Below, in pieces: positions 16,152-34,945 of a stretch of 64,000 bases of DNA. The DNA is from the human T2T-CHM13v2.0 reference genome, Homo sapiens, in assembly GCF_009914755.1 (NCBI RefSeq), contig NC_060934.1. One strand, 5' to 3'. The first letter of the stretch is position 1. Every line of letters begins with the position of its first letter. The notes under the pieces are model-generated. The model saw only the letters and a list, made by a program, of their open reading frames with translations. It was not told the origin of the DNA and searched no databases. Position numbers and translations under genes: made by a program.

Positions 16152-16984
16152 TCAGAAGCACTGCAGAGTACATTTGACTAAAACTACCTATGCACTGAAC
16201 CCGGTCCCAGAGTGGTAATCCATTATATAGTGAAGCTGTAGGGAAAGGAACAATTACCTTGACTCCTCAAAAATACATAGTTGATAAGCAGCAAGCTGAT
16301 GATGACATAGTTCTAAGCTCTCCCACATTAACCAATGGACCCACAGGCATTGGAGAAAAAAATAAACAAACAAACCACTGAGCTCCCTCTGCAGGTCCCT
16401 GAGAGTAATAACTGGCCACCTTTCCATTCTTGGGTTCCTTGAAAAAATAGAAGATGGTAGTCAGCAGAAACTACAATTACTTTAAAATAAAATGAAATGT
16501 GCTGAAACCAAAAAAGAAGAAAAAAGCCAACAACTTTCTGTTGTGCATTTTATAGTAGCAGAGCAAAATGCAGTATTTTAAACAAGTATGTAAAATAGAA
16601 ACCGTCCTGGTAATTTCAGTTTCATGAAAAAATTCAGCAGCATGAATAAAATAGCATTACCAATTAAAGTGTAAATCCAGGCTGCAAGTTATGATTTCCA
16701 GCTCCAATGTAGAGAAGCCTCCCTCACATTTTGAAGCTGCTCTCATGAAAAAGGAATTGGTCAAAGATGACAGGAGCACATAGAAATCTATTTTCCCCCT
16801 TGCACCTGTGAATTTCAGTCTGCTCTTTGATAATACTGCGCCATTCTCCTCATGACTAAAACGAGAATGGGCTAGATCATTTTTGAGGTTCCTTTAAGCT
16901 CTAAGAAGGAACAAACATGTGAGAGCCATCATAGGTATTTGTCACCAAAGTGTATGTTAAAGAGAGGACGGTTTCTATCTCCAA

Positions 16985-17423
<439 letters not shown>

Positions 17424-17821
17424 TCAGCATTTTGGGAATCCCAGGTGGGAAGATGAGCTCAGCCTGGGCAACATAGTAAGACCCCCATTTCTTACCAAAA
17501 AAAAAAAAGTAGATGAGTAAACATAATGGAAAAAAAAACTCTATAGTAGCAATAAAAAAAGATAAACAATCTAAGAACAAACCTAACAGGAAATGGGCAT
17601 GATTTATATGAAGAAAACTTTAAACACACTACTGAGAGAAACAAAAAAATGTAAACAAATGGGAGGGTACATCACGTTTGCAGGAAGACAAAACATCACG
17701 TAGATGTTAATTCTTTCTAAATTCATCTATTAATTTAATACAATCCCAATAAAAATACCAACCAGGTTTTGTTGGAAATTGGCAGATTCTAAAGTTCATA
17801 TTAAAAAGTAAACAGACAGCA

Positions 17822-18053
17822 ACCAGCCTGGCCAACATGGTGAAACTCCGTCTCTACTAAAAACTTAAAAATTAGCCAGGCATGGTGGCGTGCACCTGTA
17901 GTCCCAGCTACTCAGGAGGCTAAGGCAGGAGAATTGGTTGAGTCCATAAAGCAAAGGTTGCAGTGAGCCACTGCACTCCAGCCTGGGTGACAGAGCAAAA
18001 ACTCCATTTCAAAAAAACAACAACAACAAAAAACAAATAACAACAACAAAAAA
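17822..18053 (+). mobile_element. 5'-truncated AluS
   Basis: Starts at ACCAGCCTGGCCAACATGG; (CAA)-rich tail. Confidence 0.9.
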
Positions 18054-18336
18054 GCAAGGGAGTTTCTGAAAATAAGAGTGATAAGCCATTTCAGATATTA
18101 AAACATAAAGTTGTAAAGTTAAAACAGTATGATATATTGGCACATGAATAGACAAATCAATACAAAAAAACAGACCCCAATACAAATTGACATTTACTAT
18201 ATATTAAAGGTAGGATTTAAATTCCTGAGAAAAAGATGGATTATTTAATAAATGGTGGTAGGACAAATGGGTAGCCACCTAGAAAAAAATAAATTAGATA
18301 CTATTCATATATTATACTAGGATAAATTCCAGATAC

Positions 18337-18631
18337 ATTTTTGCTGGTTTGGTTTTGGAGACAGAGTCTTCCTCTCTCACCCAGGCTGGAAGCCATCTTG
18401 GCTTACTGCAACATCCGCCTCCTGGGTTCAAGTAATTCTCCTGCCTCAGCTTCCTGAGTAGCTGGGATTACAGGTGCGCAATACCACGCCCAGCTAATTT
18501 TTGTATTTTTAGTAGAGACAGGTTTTCATCATGTTGGCCAGGCTGCTCTTGAACTCCTGGCCTCAAGTGATGTGCCTGCCTCGGCTTCTCAAAGTGCTGG
18601 GATTATGGGTGTGACCCACCAGTGCCTGGCC
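18337..18631 (-). mobile_element. AluS
   Basis: Reverse dimer. Confidence 0.93.
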
Positions 18632-19106
18632 CAAATTCTGGATACTGTAAAGTCTTAAATGCAAGCAATAAAATCACAAAGAATTAGAAGAAAAAATGAG
18701 ATAATTTTAAAATAATCCTGAAATGGGGAAGCCTTTCTTAGCTCTAAGCAAAGAAAAAAAAATTAATATATTTTATCATATAAAATTAAAAATATTTACA
18801 TAGCAAAAGCTACAATACCAAAGTCAAAGGACAAATGGCAAATGAGGGGGCTCATTGTAGTCAAGGAACTAATCTCCCTAATTTAGAAATAATTATCATA
18901 AAACAATAGAAAAGATAATTAAAAGTTTTACAAAAGCTATAGTTAACAGAATAGAAAATTCAAATGAGCCTAAAACTCTAAAAGATACTCAACCTAACTT
19001 ATGAGAAAATAAATGCAAAGTAAAACAATGACACCAGTTTTTACTTATATTAGAAAAAAAATTGATGCTACTCTCTTGGTGAGGGTTTAAAGTAATAGGC
19101 ACCCTC

Positions 19107-19430
<324 letters not shown>

Positions 19431-20011
19431 AAAGTAATAGGCACTCTCACACATTGCTGAGAAGGCAGATTGGAAGTACTCTCAAAATTACAAATGCACA
19501 AACCCTTTGGCCCAGGAAGTCTATTTCTAGGAATTTATCCCACACATACATTAATACATAATACATTAATACATAAAACAAGTAACAATGATGCAATATA
19601 TTATTTGCAGCATTGTTTACAATTGCAAAAAAAAAAAACACTAGAAACAAATTTCTGACAGTAGGAGGCTGGTTAAATAAATGATAATTTATCCATTCAA
19701 AGGAAATGTTTGCAGCTCTAAAAATGGATGAGGAAACACTTAATATCTGATCTAGAATAATTACCATGATACAATGACAAATGGAGGAGAGAGACAAAAC
19801 AGTGGGGAAAAATGTGTCTTTGCAGAAGCATGAAAGATGTCTAGGAAGATACACAAGAAGCTTATAAAAATGGGTGCCAGTGTCAAGAACACCTGGGTGG
19901 CATGAGACAGGATGAGAGAAAGACTTTTTGCTGTGTTTTCACTGTATATCCTTTAGTAAATTTTGAATTTTGAACTAAGTGAAAGTTTTACCTCCAAAGA
20001 ATAAAATTATA

Positions 20012-20179
<168 letters not shown>

Positions 20180-20481
20180 AAAGAATTAAATTATATTTAG
20201 CCCTGCTCCCTGATTTCAGGGGAAGTGCTAAAGGTCATAATCTATATAAAGTACATGGTCTATGCACAGGAGGTGCTGGACAAATGGTTATTAAGCCATG
20301 AGTAAGCATCGTCCTGTGGAGCGAGGGCTCTGTCTCTTGTCGCAGCAGTGTCAATGCTCCTGGTCCACTCTCTCCCAGGAAGAGACCCCTCAGGCACTCA
20401 GTGAGACCACTGGCTGACTTTCCTTTTCATTCTTTTGATCTGTTTGAATCCTATATGAAACTCATTTTAGGCTCAAATCTA

Positions 20482-20812
<331 letters not shown>

Positions 20813-21240
20813 AGATGGAAAACTGAAACTCTCATGAAGTTTGTGCTAAAAAGACTGAAGAGGGAAGTTGCCTTTGAGAGACTTTCTGTAAGGCCTGGAA
20901 AACAAAAACAAACAAACAAAAATAGATTAACCCAGACTCTGAGAGACTGGAGAAAGTGCAAACAGAATTCGTGCTGCGTGTGCATAGACTTGTTTACTGG
21001 ACAAATGAGGGCAGCACTGTTTCCCTAGCTGGGGCCTCTGAGAATCAAATCACCAGAGGCATGCCATCTTTTTAGTCAACTATAAGTGAGGCAGGAATTA
21101 ACAAGATTGATTAGAGGACAAGTGAGCCCCACCACATTCTAGACCAGGATCCCTGCAGACTGGCTGGGCTCTGTGAAGTCTGTATTATTGGCCTGTGACA
21201 AGAAAAATGCAGAAATTCAAAGTAAGAGTATAGGATATAA

Positions 21241-21669
<429 letters not shown>

Positions 21670-21781
21670 TGAAGTTTCCTTTAAAAAGCAACAGAAACAC
21701 CAATTCTTCACTAGAGATAGTTTGAGATGCACTGTTCTAAACCATATTTTCATCTATGCAGAATGTGAAGTTCCACTAGAT

Positions 21782-22263
21782 CTGCGGTGTTCAATGTGGT
21801 AGCCAGTAACCACATATGGCTATTAACAGTTGAAATGTGTCTTGTCTAAATTGGTATGTGATATAAGGCAAAATATGCACCAGATTTCAAAGACTTAGTG
21901 AAAAAAATGTCTAATATCTCAAACTTGTATAATGATTATATGTTGAAATGATAATATGTTGGACATATTGGGTTAAATAAAATATACGATGAACCTTCAG
22001 TTTCACAAGATGAAAAGAGCTCTGGAGATGGATAGTGGTGATGGTTGGCCACCATTATGAATATATTTAATACCACTGAGCTGAACACTTCAAAATGGTT
22101 AAGATGGTACATTTTATGTTATGTGTATTTTCCTGCCATAAAAATTAATTTAAAAATTAATTTCATACATTTCTTTTTACTTTTTAATGTGGGTACTAAA
22201 AAATTCAAATAGCATATGTGACCTGTATTTGTGGCCCACATCATATTTCTATTGGATAGTGCC
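21782..22263. mobile_element. MER33-like hAT-Charlie element interrupted by an L1MB 3' end (~21995-22145)
   Basis: GTTCAATGTGGTAGCCAGTAACCACATATGGCTATT...ATATTTCTATTGGATAGTGC. Confidence 0.8.
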
Positions 22264-22329
22264 AAGAGTAGCTCTAGATTTTTCTCTTGCTACCTTTGAA
22301 GCAGTTTTCTAGTACCCAATCTCACCACT

Positions 22330-22625
22330 ACCTATGCAGTTCAAACATCACCTCTTCAGTAAAGTCTTTGATGAACCATGAAGGAACTCCCAACTTCCCC
22401 TCCTCCTTCAACTGCTCCTATAGTACCTGGTACAAAACTTCATTTATATCTGTGTGTGGTATGTGTGTGTGTGTATGTGTGTGTATGCATACTATGTACT
22501 ATCTATTATATCAGAAAGTAAGCTCTTCGGGGGTATATTCAGTGTCCCTATATCCCCAACACTCAGCATTGTACATATGTGCTCAGCTTAGCCTTATCAT
22601 ACGCACTCAATAGATGTTGTTGACT
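22330..22625 (+). mobile_element. L2 3' fragment
   Basis: TCAAACATCACCTCTTCAG...GCACTCAATAGATGTTGTTGA. Confidence 0.6.
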
Positions 22626-22785
22626 ACATAGATGAGGAAGTAATCCTAGCTTTCGATATCCAGCCAAAGAGCTCCTTGCTCCTCTTTACTTTGGACTTGG
22701 AGACCTGAGAGTTGAATGTTAATTTCAATTTCTAGGTAAGAGAGAGGGATTTGAATATCTGCCAGCTGATGGCATTATTTAATAG

Positions 22786-23165
22786 TGATATAGTTTGGCT
22801 CTGCGTCCCCACCCAAATCTCATGTGGAATTGTAATCTTCAGTGTTGGAGGAGGGGCCTGGTGGGAGGTGATTGAATCATGGGGGCGGACTTCCCCGTTG
22901 CTGTTCTCGTGATAAGAGTTCTCACTAGATCTGGTTGTTTGAAAGTGTGTTGCACTTCCTCTTTCACTTTCTCCTTCTTGCTGGCCATGGTAAGCCGCCC
23001 TTGCTTCCCCTTCACCTTCCACCATGATTGCAAGTTGCCTGAGGCCCCCCCAGAGGCAGAAGCCTGTACAGCCTGCAGAACTGTAAGCCGACTAAACCTC
23101 TTTTTTAAATTAATTACCCAGTCTCAGGTATGCCTTTACAGCATTGTTGAGAATGGACTAATACA
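22786..23165 (+). mobile_element. MSTA-type solo LTR
   Basis: TGATATAGTTTGGCTCTGCGTCCCCACCCAAATCTC...GGACTAATACA; TSD AATAG/AACAG. Confidence 0.9.
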
Positions 23166-23384
23166 AACAGGTAGCTTAACATTTTTTATTACTGAACAAA
23201 TATCTAGAGTACTATCATAGCCATTGGAAAAAGCCATTGGAAAATGAATGGTAAATAAATCAGGAAAAGTCCTGGCATCTAAGTCACACACATCCCATAG
23301 GAGGGTGGGGAGATGGAAAATCAAACAAATAATGATTAAAAAAGAAATTACGAAGTAATGGACAGAGAATGAAAATAAGATGGA

Positions 23385-23670
23385 GATGGGCGTGATGTCT
23401 CACGCTGTAATCCCAACACTTTGGGAGGCTGAGGCAGGAGGATCTCTTGAGTCCAGGAGTTTGAGATGAGCCTGGGCAACCTGGTGAGAAGAGAGAGAGA
23501 GAGAGAGGAAGAAGAAGAAGAGAAGGGAAGGGACGGGAAGGGAAGGGAAAGGAAGGGAAGAAGGAAGGAAAGAAAGAAGGAAGGAAGGGAAACAAAGGAG
23601 GGAGGGGGGAGGGAGGGAGGGAGGAAGGAAGGAAGGAAGGAAGGAAGGAAGGAAGGAAAAGAAAAGAAGA
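23385..23670 (+). mobile_element. Alu left monomer followed by a polypurine (GA/GGAA) repeat (23485-23670)
   Basis: Seen directly. Confidence 0.85.
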
Positions 23671-24064
23671 TGATGGTGATACAAGGAAAACACTGACTAC
23701 CTGAGATTCAAGTCAGGAAGGGCCTAAGGAGGTAATATTTAAACTGAAAAGTGACAATAGGAGGTAGGTCGACAAAAATGGAGATAAATATATTAGGCAG
23801 AGGAAACAGTTAGTGCAAGTTTCTCCAAGTACTAGCAAAATGGTAAACTTAGAAAGCTTGAAAGCCCCTCCCAACTGAAACAACAAAAATCTTGGTAAAA
23901 TACATTAAGAATGCTTTTAAATGAATTGCTGACTGGCATGAGTGAAAATACTCATCAGAAGTCGAAACTAGAATGAAACAGGCTTTTTTACCCTAAAGGT
24001 TTCTGCTGAGCCTTAGAGACCTTAACTTCTGCTTCAAGGACCACATGGGTTTGGGGACAGGAGG

Positions 24065-24874
<810 letters not shown>

Positions 24875-25323
24875 GGAGGTAAAGCCTAAATGAGGCATCT
24901 AGTAGGAAACCCATTATATAAATCTGAGATCCCAGAAGGTATACCCTCAACATATGGGTGAATGAGAAGTTAAACCTGCCACATGAAAGCAAATAACAAG
25001 AAAATGTAACTCAACTTTAACACTAGATGGTAGGGGGTGGTGTGGGCGGTGGGGGGGGAATAACCTGAAAATTCATAATCTTAAGTCACTGCTTATATGG
25101 GTTTGTAGTCCAAATTCACATTACCTGTAGGATCCAACCTTAAGGGCAGATTTTAAAAATAAATAGTTTTTTAAAATTTTGATACATTTAAATACAATAA
25201 AATTCACTTTTGTGAAATAAAGTTCTATTTGTTAACACACATAGTGCCATTTATCCACTATTACAGTCATGATACCAAAGTTTATCATCCCCCAAAATGT
25301 GTTACCCATTTGTAGTAAAATTC

Positions 25324-25623
25324 TTTTTTTTTTTTTTTTTAAGACATGGTTTCACTCTGTTGCCCAGGCTGGAATACAGTAGCACGATTATGGCTCACTG
25401 CAGCCTCAGCCTCCCAGATTCAAGTGATCTTCCCACTTCAGCCTCCCAAGTAGCTGGGCTACAGGAACACACCGACATGGTCTGCAAATTTTCATATTTT
25501 TTTTTATAGAAACAAGTTTTACCATGTTGCCCAGGCTGGTCTCGAACTCCTGGGCTCAAGCAATCCTCCTGCCTCAGCCTCCTAAAGTGCTGAGATTATA
25601 GGCAAGGGCCACTGTGCCCCGCC
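25324..25623 (-). mobile_element. AluJ
   Basis: Reverse dimer. Confidence 0.92.
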
Positions 25624-27801
25624 TGAAACTTTCTTCACCACCAAATCTTGGCAACTTGGTGGAGAACTGATCAGTTCTCTCATTGCTGTAGCTCTGCCTT
25701 TTCCAAAATATCATACAAATGGAATAATAATAGAATACATAATCTTTTGGGTCTGATTTCTTTCACTGAGCAACATGTATTTGAGATCATACACATTGTT
25801 ACATGTATCAATAATTCATTCCTTTTTATTGTGGGATAGTTTCCCGTGGGATGAATACACCACAGTTTTGTTTATCTCTTTATCAGCTGAGGGACAATTG
25901 GGTAGTTTCTGAGTTTTGGTGATTATAAATAAGGCACCTCTATGAGTTATATGATTTGCAAATATTTTCTCCCAGTCTATGGCTTGTCTTTTCATCCTTA
26001 ATCCTTTTAACAGTGTCTTTTGCAGGTCAAATGTTTTCTATTTTGATAAAATCTGATTTATTTTTTCTTTTATGAATCATGTTTTTGGTATTGTATCTAG
26101 GAATTCTGTGCCTAACTTAAGGTCAGATTTTCTTATATATTTTTTTCGAGAAGTTTTCTACTTTTATGTCTTACATTTAGGTTGATGATCCATTCTAATT
26201 TTTTATAAGGTGTGAATTATGGGTTGAGACTCTTTTTTTGTATATGAACATCCAATTTTTCAAGCACTATTTGTTGAAAAGACTATGCTTTTTGTCTTTA
26301 ATTGTCTACATCTGTTTCAGAGATAAGAGTTACTTCTGAGCTTTCTATTCTGTTTCATTGATTTCTTTGCTATCCTCTTACAGGTATAACACTGTCTTAA
26401 TCATAGCTTAAGTATTGAAATAAAATAGTGTGAGTCCTCTACCTTCTAATTCAAAAGGTTTGACTATTCCACTTCCTTTACCTCTCCATACAATTAAGTA
26501 TTAGCTTGTCAATATCTGCAAACACCTGAATATTTACAAAACCTCAATATCTACAAAAACCTAAATGCTCTGTTGGGATTTTAACTGAAGTTTTAATAGA
26601 TTAACTTGGGGAGAACTGACATTTTAACAATATTGAGACTTCCAATCCATAAATCAGGTATATCTTTCGATTTATTTATATTTTTTCCTTGGCTTCTTTA
26701 TCAGTGTTTTGTAGTTTGTACCATAAAGACCCCACATATATCTTTGCTGAACTTCAACCTAAATATTTCTTATGTACGTGTGTTCTTTTTTAAATTTTAA
26801 ATTCTAATAGCTAGGGTAGAGAAAATAGAATTTATTTTTGTATATTAATCATGCATCCTGTATCCTTGGTAAACTCACTTATTAGTTTTAGGATATTTTT
26901 TAATAGATTCTTTGGAATTTTCTATATAGAGAGTTGTTTTCTGTGAATAGAGAGTTCTATTACTTCTTTTTTAATCTTTTCAGATAATCCTTTTTTTATT
27001 TCTTTGCCTCATCGTACCATTTAGAACTTCCAGTTAAAGGGGAGTAAAGAAATGTCCTTGCCTCATTCCAGGTCTTAGGGAGAAAGCATTCATTCTATCA
27101 CCATCAAGCATGGAATTAGCTATAGGACTTTGTAGGTGCCCTTTATCAGTTTAAGGAAGTTCCATGCCACTGCTAGTTTGCTGGGAGTTTTTAACAGAAA
27201 TAAAGGTTGAATTTTGGCAAAAGATTTTTCTGCATCTATTGAGATGATCATATGTTTTTCTTCTTTAGTTTGTTAATACAATGAATTATACTGATTGCCT
27301 GTTTAGGGTTGAACCAACCTTGTGTTCCTAGGTAAAACTTCACTTGGTCATGCTATGTTCTTTTTGTTGAGTGGTTTTATATCTATGTTCATGATGAACA
27401 TTGCTCTGTAGTTTTCTTTACTTGTAATGACTTTGATTTTAGTATCAGGATAATTTTGGCCTTATAAAATGAATATTCTATTTTCTGGAATAGAATATAT
27501 AAAAATAATATTATTTCTGAAATGTTTGAAAGAATTCACCAGTGAAACCATTTGGATCTGAAGTTTTCTTTGTTGGAAGATTTTTAACTATGATTTCAAA
27601 ATCTTCGATACAGGCTATGCAGGTTATCTATTTCTTCTTTAGTAAGTGTTGGTAGATTATGTCTTTCAAGGAATTGGTCCATTTCATTTAACTTATCAAA
27701 AGTAAGATTTCCTTAAGATTCTAATGTCTGAATCTGCCAGTTCCTTGATCCTGGATTTTTCAGCCTCCAGAACCATGAGAAATAAATTTATTTTGTTTTA
27801 A

Positions 27802-28161
<360 letters not shown>

Positions 28162-28665
28162 TGAGGTTGGTGATTTGTGTCTTCTGTGTTTTTTTCATGG
28201 TTTAAGGGTTTATCACTTTTAGTGATCTTTTTAAGAAACCACATTTTTAGAAGACATACCAGGAGCTATATTGTTTTGTGTTAACTTTTTTTTTAGCACT
28301 TTACCTTCATTGGCTTCTAGCTTGGATGGTTTTGCATGAGAAGTACTGAGAGTCATTGCATTGGTTCCTTATACTAATGAGTACAAGTGAGTACTAATGA
28401 ATTTTTCTCTAGCTCCCTTTAAGATTTTATCTTTGTACTTGGTTTTCAGCAGTTTGCATATTAAATGCTTTGGGCTGTGTGTGTATTTGTTTTGGTATTT
28501 ATCTTGTTTGATATTCTCTGAGGTTCTTGACCTGATATTTGTGTCTAACATTAATTTTGTAAATTCTCAACCAAATATTTCTTCTACTTATATTATCTAT
28601 CTTCCCTGTTTTGGGTTCCAATCCCACATATATTAGATTTTTTGCTATTGTCCCATAGCTCTTGA

Positions 28666-29107
<442 letters not shown>

Positions 29108-29534
29108 TCTGAATGCATTCTTCATCTCTGTTATGTGGTTTTCACTTTTAGCACTTCTACTTGATTCGTTTTTATTTTGTCCATCTCTCTGCTGAAATTG
29201 TCCATATGATTTGTATGTTGTTCACCCTTTTCTTAGTGCTTTTAACATATTAATCATAATTATTTTAAATTCCCTGCATGATAGTTCCCGCATCTGTGTC
29301 ATATCTGAATCTGGTCCATTGATCACTTTGTCTATTGGCATGTGCTGCTTTCATTTGCCTTGTAATTTTTTCTTGTGTTAGTCAGTAGTGACTGAAGGCA
29401 AATTGTTTTTATGCCAATAAATGGACATGCATTTCCTTGTTCTAGTCCTTTAGAATGAGCTTTGAGTCAATTTAATCAGGAGTTAAGTTGGGTTTAGTGT
29501 CTGTTGTGCACCAGTCTCCAAAATCTTCTCTTAA

Positions 29535-29826
29535 GGCGAGGTGCAGTGGCTCGTGCCTGTAATCCCAGCACTTTGGGAGGCCAAGGTGGGCAGATCACTT
29601 GAGGCCAGAAGTTTGAGACCAGCCTGGTCAACATGATGAAGCCCCGTCTCTACTAAAAATACAAAAACTAGCTGGATGTGGTGACATGCATCTGTAGTAC
29701 TAGCTACTCAGGAGGCTGAGGCACAACAATCGCTTGAACCCGGGAAGCGGAGGTTGCAGTGAGCCGAGATCACTCACTGCACTCCAGCCAGGGCGACGGA
29801 GAGTGATTCTGTCTTTAAAAAAAAAT
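29535..29826 (+). mobile_element. AluS
   Basis: TSD AAAATCTTCT. Confidence 0.94.
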
Positions 29827-30544
29827 CTTCTATCAATATCTTGTCTTGTGTTTATGGGAGGCTCATTTGCCAGTTTTTCTCAGTGTCTGTTCCTCCTTCA
29901 ACTTTAGGCCATCCCTTTGGGGTGCACTTCAGGGAAGGTTTTGAAGCAACTCTCCCAACAATATTTTACTGTCACTTGTTACTTACACTTTTTAGTTATG
30001 TGGCAGAGGTGTAAGGGGAATCATCCTGTGTTGTTCTGATTAAGCTTCAGTCTTAGGCAGCCACTATGCCCCTGGGTCTAGGGTGGGCAGAAAGAGGTGA
30101 TTCCCAAAGCTCCTTCTACTCCTGTAGCTATAGTTCTGGGCCCAGCATGTATTCCTGCCTTTCCCCACCCCTCAAGCTCGGGGGAGGAATTACTTTTCTT
30201 TTCCCTTTCTTCAGTTGCAATGGTATTTCATCAGTGCTCTGAAAGTACTTGTCTCCTTTTCCTTATAGTTTAAGAGTTCCATTTAAGGGAAGAAAGATGT
30301 GCAGGGCTTCATAACTTTCCCACAGTGGCTGCTGTTCTCCTCCAGGCTGGCACCATGAGGGGCACATTCTCAGGCCTCTCCTGTATCATTTCTGTGAACG
30401 CCTGGTGAGGTTTGTGAGAAAAAAAAAAAAAAAAAAAGGCCTACAAGTGGATGCAATTTCCCTTTATATCTCATAGGCTCCACATTTTCTCACCAGCCCA
30501 CACTTGGCCTTTACCAATTCTTTTAACAATTTCAACTAATTCTT

Positions 30545-30948
<404 letters not shown>

Positions 30949-33900
30949 TTAGCTAATTCTTCTCACTGATACCTGGCTGCATCTGCCCCACATAAGCAAG
31001 TGCTCACATCTTGTCTCTCCCTGCAAGTACCTGATTCTCCTTAGATTTGGAGCTAGTTAGTTGCCTTTCATTCTCAGCACTCTAATGAGTCCTACAAAGT
31101 GGTAGGCAAGTTTTTTTCATGTTTCTTCTTGTTGTTGTAATGGTGGGAACAATGCTCTTTCCAGCTGTCTACACCCTAAGTGGAAGCTGGGTTTTAGAGT
31201 AAGCGTAAGTTTAGCTTTAGTAAATACTGCCAAGTAGATGTCCAAGGTGACTACATCATATCATTGTACACTCCCACCAACAATGTATGAAAATTTTAGT
31301 TGTTCCACATCCTTGACAACACTTGGGAATGTCAACCTTTAATTTTAGCCAGCCCCTGTTTACCTCGATTCTGCTTTCTGTCTCTATGAATTTGCTTATT
31401 CTACATACCTCATGTAGGTGGAATCATATATTTGACCTTTTGAGCCTGGCTTATGTCACTTAGCATAATGTTTTCAAGGTTCATCCATGTTATAGCATGA
31501 ATTTGAATTTTCTTTGTTTTCAAGGTTGAATAATATTCTGTTGTATGTATAAACACATTTGGTTTATCTATTCACCTGTTTACAGACACTTAGGTTGTTT
31601 CCATCTTTTGCCTATTGTAAATATGGTGCTGTGAACATTGGTGTACAAATATTTGTTTGAGTCTCTACTTTCAGTTTTTTGGATATATACCTAAGAATAG
31701 TATTTTTGAATATATGGTAATTCTGTGTTTAACTATTTGAGGATCCACCATAGTGTCTTCCACAGTATTGCACCATTTTACCTTCCCACCAGCAATGTAC
31801 CACGGTTCCAATTTCTCCACTTCCTTACCAATACTTTTTATTTTCCTTTTTTTTTTTAAATAATTGTCATCCTAATGGGTTTAGAGTGGTATCTCATTGT
31901 GGTTTTGATTTTGCATTTCCCTAATGACTAGTGATGTTGAGCAGCTTTTCATGGCTTTCTGAGACAGTTGTATATCTTCTTTGAAGAAATGTCCATTCAA
32001 ATCCCTTGTCCATTTTTTAATAGGGTTGTTTTGTTGTTGAATTTTAGGGTTTCTCTATATATTCTTGATATTACTCCCTTACCAGATACATGGTTTGCAA
32101 ATATTTCTCCCATTCTGGGGGTTGCCTTTTTAAATCTGTTGATAGCATCCTATTATGCCAAAAGTGATAATTCAGTATATTTTTCTTTTCTCTTGTTGCC
32201 TGTGCTTCTAATGTCATGTCTAAGAAATCATTGACAAATCCAGTGTCATGAAGCTTATCCCCCTTGTTTTTTCCTAAGCGTTTTATAATTTTAGCTCCCA
32301 CAATTAGAACTTGGATCCATTTTGAGTTAATTTTTGTTTATGGGGTAAGGGTTTAACTTCATTCTTTTACATATAGATATCCAGTTTTCCCAGCACCATT
32401 CATTGAAAAGACTGTTCTTTTACCCGTGTAATGGTCTTGGCACCCATGTCAAAAATAAATTGACCATATATGTAAGAGTTTATTTTTGGCACCTCTATTC
32501 TATTACATTGGTCTATCATGTTTATCATTATGCCAGTACAGCATTGACTATTATAGGTTTGTAGTGAATTTTAAAATCAGGAAGTGTGAGTCCTTCCATT
32601 TGTCTTTCTTTTTCAAAGTTGTGTTCACTCTTCAGGGTCCTTTGAGATTCCATATAAATTTTAGAATGAATTTGTCTATTTCCACAAAAGAATGTCATTT
32701 TGGATTTTGATATGAATTGCATTGACTCTGAAGATTGCATTGGGTAGTATTGACAGCATAATAAATTAAGTCTTTCAATCTATGAACACAGGATTTTTCC
32801 ACTTTTTTTTGTCTTTCATTTCTTTCAGCAATGATTTGTAGTTTTCAGTATACAAGTCTTTAACCACTTTGACTAGGTTTATCCTAAGTGTTTTATTCTT
32901 TTTGATAAAATTGTAAATGAACATATTTTCTTAACTTCTTTTTCAGAATTGTTAGGTTGTGATTTTCAGAATTCCTATGTCAATTTCTTAACAATAAAAT
33001 TATTAAGCATATAGAAATGCAACGGATGATTGTGACTTCCAACTGTAACGTCCTTACTTCTGTGTGCCTTCACTGATGGAGCTGTACGCCTAGCCAAGTC
33101 AGGGCATTCTTGAGTAAAATTCTCAAATTTGGGCAGCTCATTAAGATTCTACTTTCTAAAATTAGTTTCTCCCCAGGTTTTCCAAGCTTTTTTGTTCTTG
33201 CCTAATTACACTGGATAGGATCTCTGGGTAATGTTTTCTGGAAGTGTTAATATAATACATCTTTGTCTTATTTCAGACTTTGTCTTATTTCATACTGAAA
33301 TACTTTCTTATTTCAGGGGAAAACATTCAATATTTCTCCATTTAGTATGATGTTAGTTATAGGAAGTTGATTATGTATAGCATTTTTTAGATTATGAGAT
33401 TCTCCTTCTATTCAGAGTTTGTTGAGAGGTTCCATAATGAATAGGTGGTTGGGTTATTTCATCTCATTTTTCAGTAGCAACTGAGATGATCATTCATTTT
33501 TTTCTCCTTGACTTTGATTTTAAAGTGTAAAACTGACCTTATGTTTCTAATATAAAAATTACTTAGCCCTGATGGATTATCCTTTTAATTTTTACTGAAT
33601 TTCATTAGCCAATATTTGTTTAGGCTTTTATATGGGAAATTTGTATGCACACGGGTGGCTTACATTATGTTTACCAGAATTCAGAATTAGCTTCAGCAGA
33701 GGCTGGGAAATGTAAACAAATAGTTATTTCTGCCAAAGAAATTAAAAATATGGAGGACAGAAATGAAAAGGTTCACTGTATATGTAATCAGTCTTATGAA
33801 AGGAAATAAAAAACCAAGGATATCAAAACAGCAGTATTTGGCTAGTAATAGTTGATAATTTTCCAGAATTGATAAAAAGAATCCACAGATTCAAGAAGCA

Positions 33901-33953
33901 CAATATAGTCTAAAGAGAATAATTAAAACAAACAAACAAAAAAGGCATGCATA

Positions 33954-34254
33954 GGCTGGGCACAGCGGCTCACGCCTGTAATCCCAACACTTTGGGAGGC
34001 CGAGGCAGCAGATAATCTCAGGTCAGGAGTTCGAGATCAGCCTGGCCAACATGATGAAACCCTGTCTCTACTAAAAATACAAAAATTAGCCGGGCATAGT
34101 GGCGTCTGCCTGTATTCCCAGCTACTCAGGAGTCTGAAGCAGGAGAATCGATTAAATCCAGGAGGCAGAGGTTGCAGTGAGCTAAGATTGCTCCACTGCA
34201 TTCTAGCCTGGGTGACAGAGTGAGACTCCATCTCAAAAAAAAAAAAAAAAAAAA
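33954..34254 (+). mobile_element. AluS
   Basis: TSD AAAAAGGCATGCATA. Confidence 0.95.
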
Positions 34255-34548
34255 GGCATGCATAAATCTGTTATAATGAAACTCCAGAACTTCTAAGACA
34301 AACAGAAAGAGTGGGGAGCTAGAGGAGAAGCAGAGCTCTTGGAAAGAACTGGCAATATAACTAACCACGATCTTTTCAATGGCAACGCCAGACATTAGAC
34401 TACCATGAGATAACCTCAAAATGTTAAGAGAATATAACCATAACCTTCCAGAATCAAGCAATATGATATTTCCAGAACTAAGGTTAAATAGAGTTACTTT
34501 CAGATGGCCAAAACCAGACAGAATCCTGCCAGGGGACCTGCATTATGA

Positions 34549-34945
<397 letters not shown>

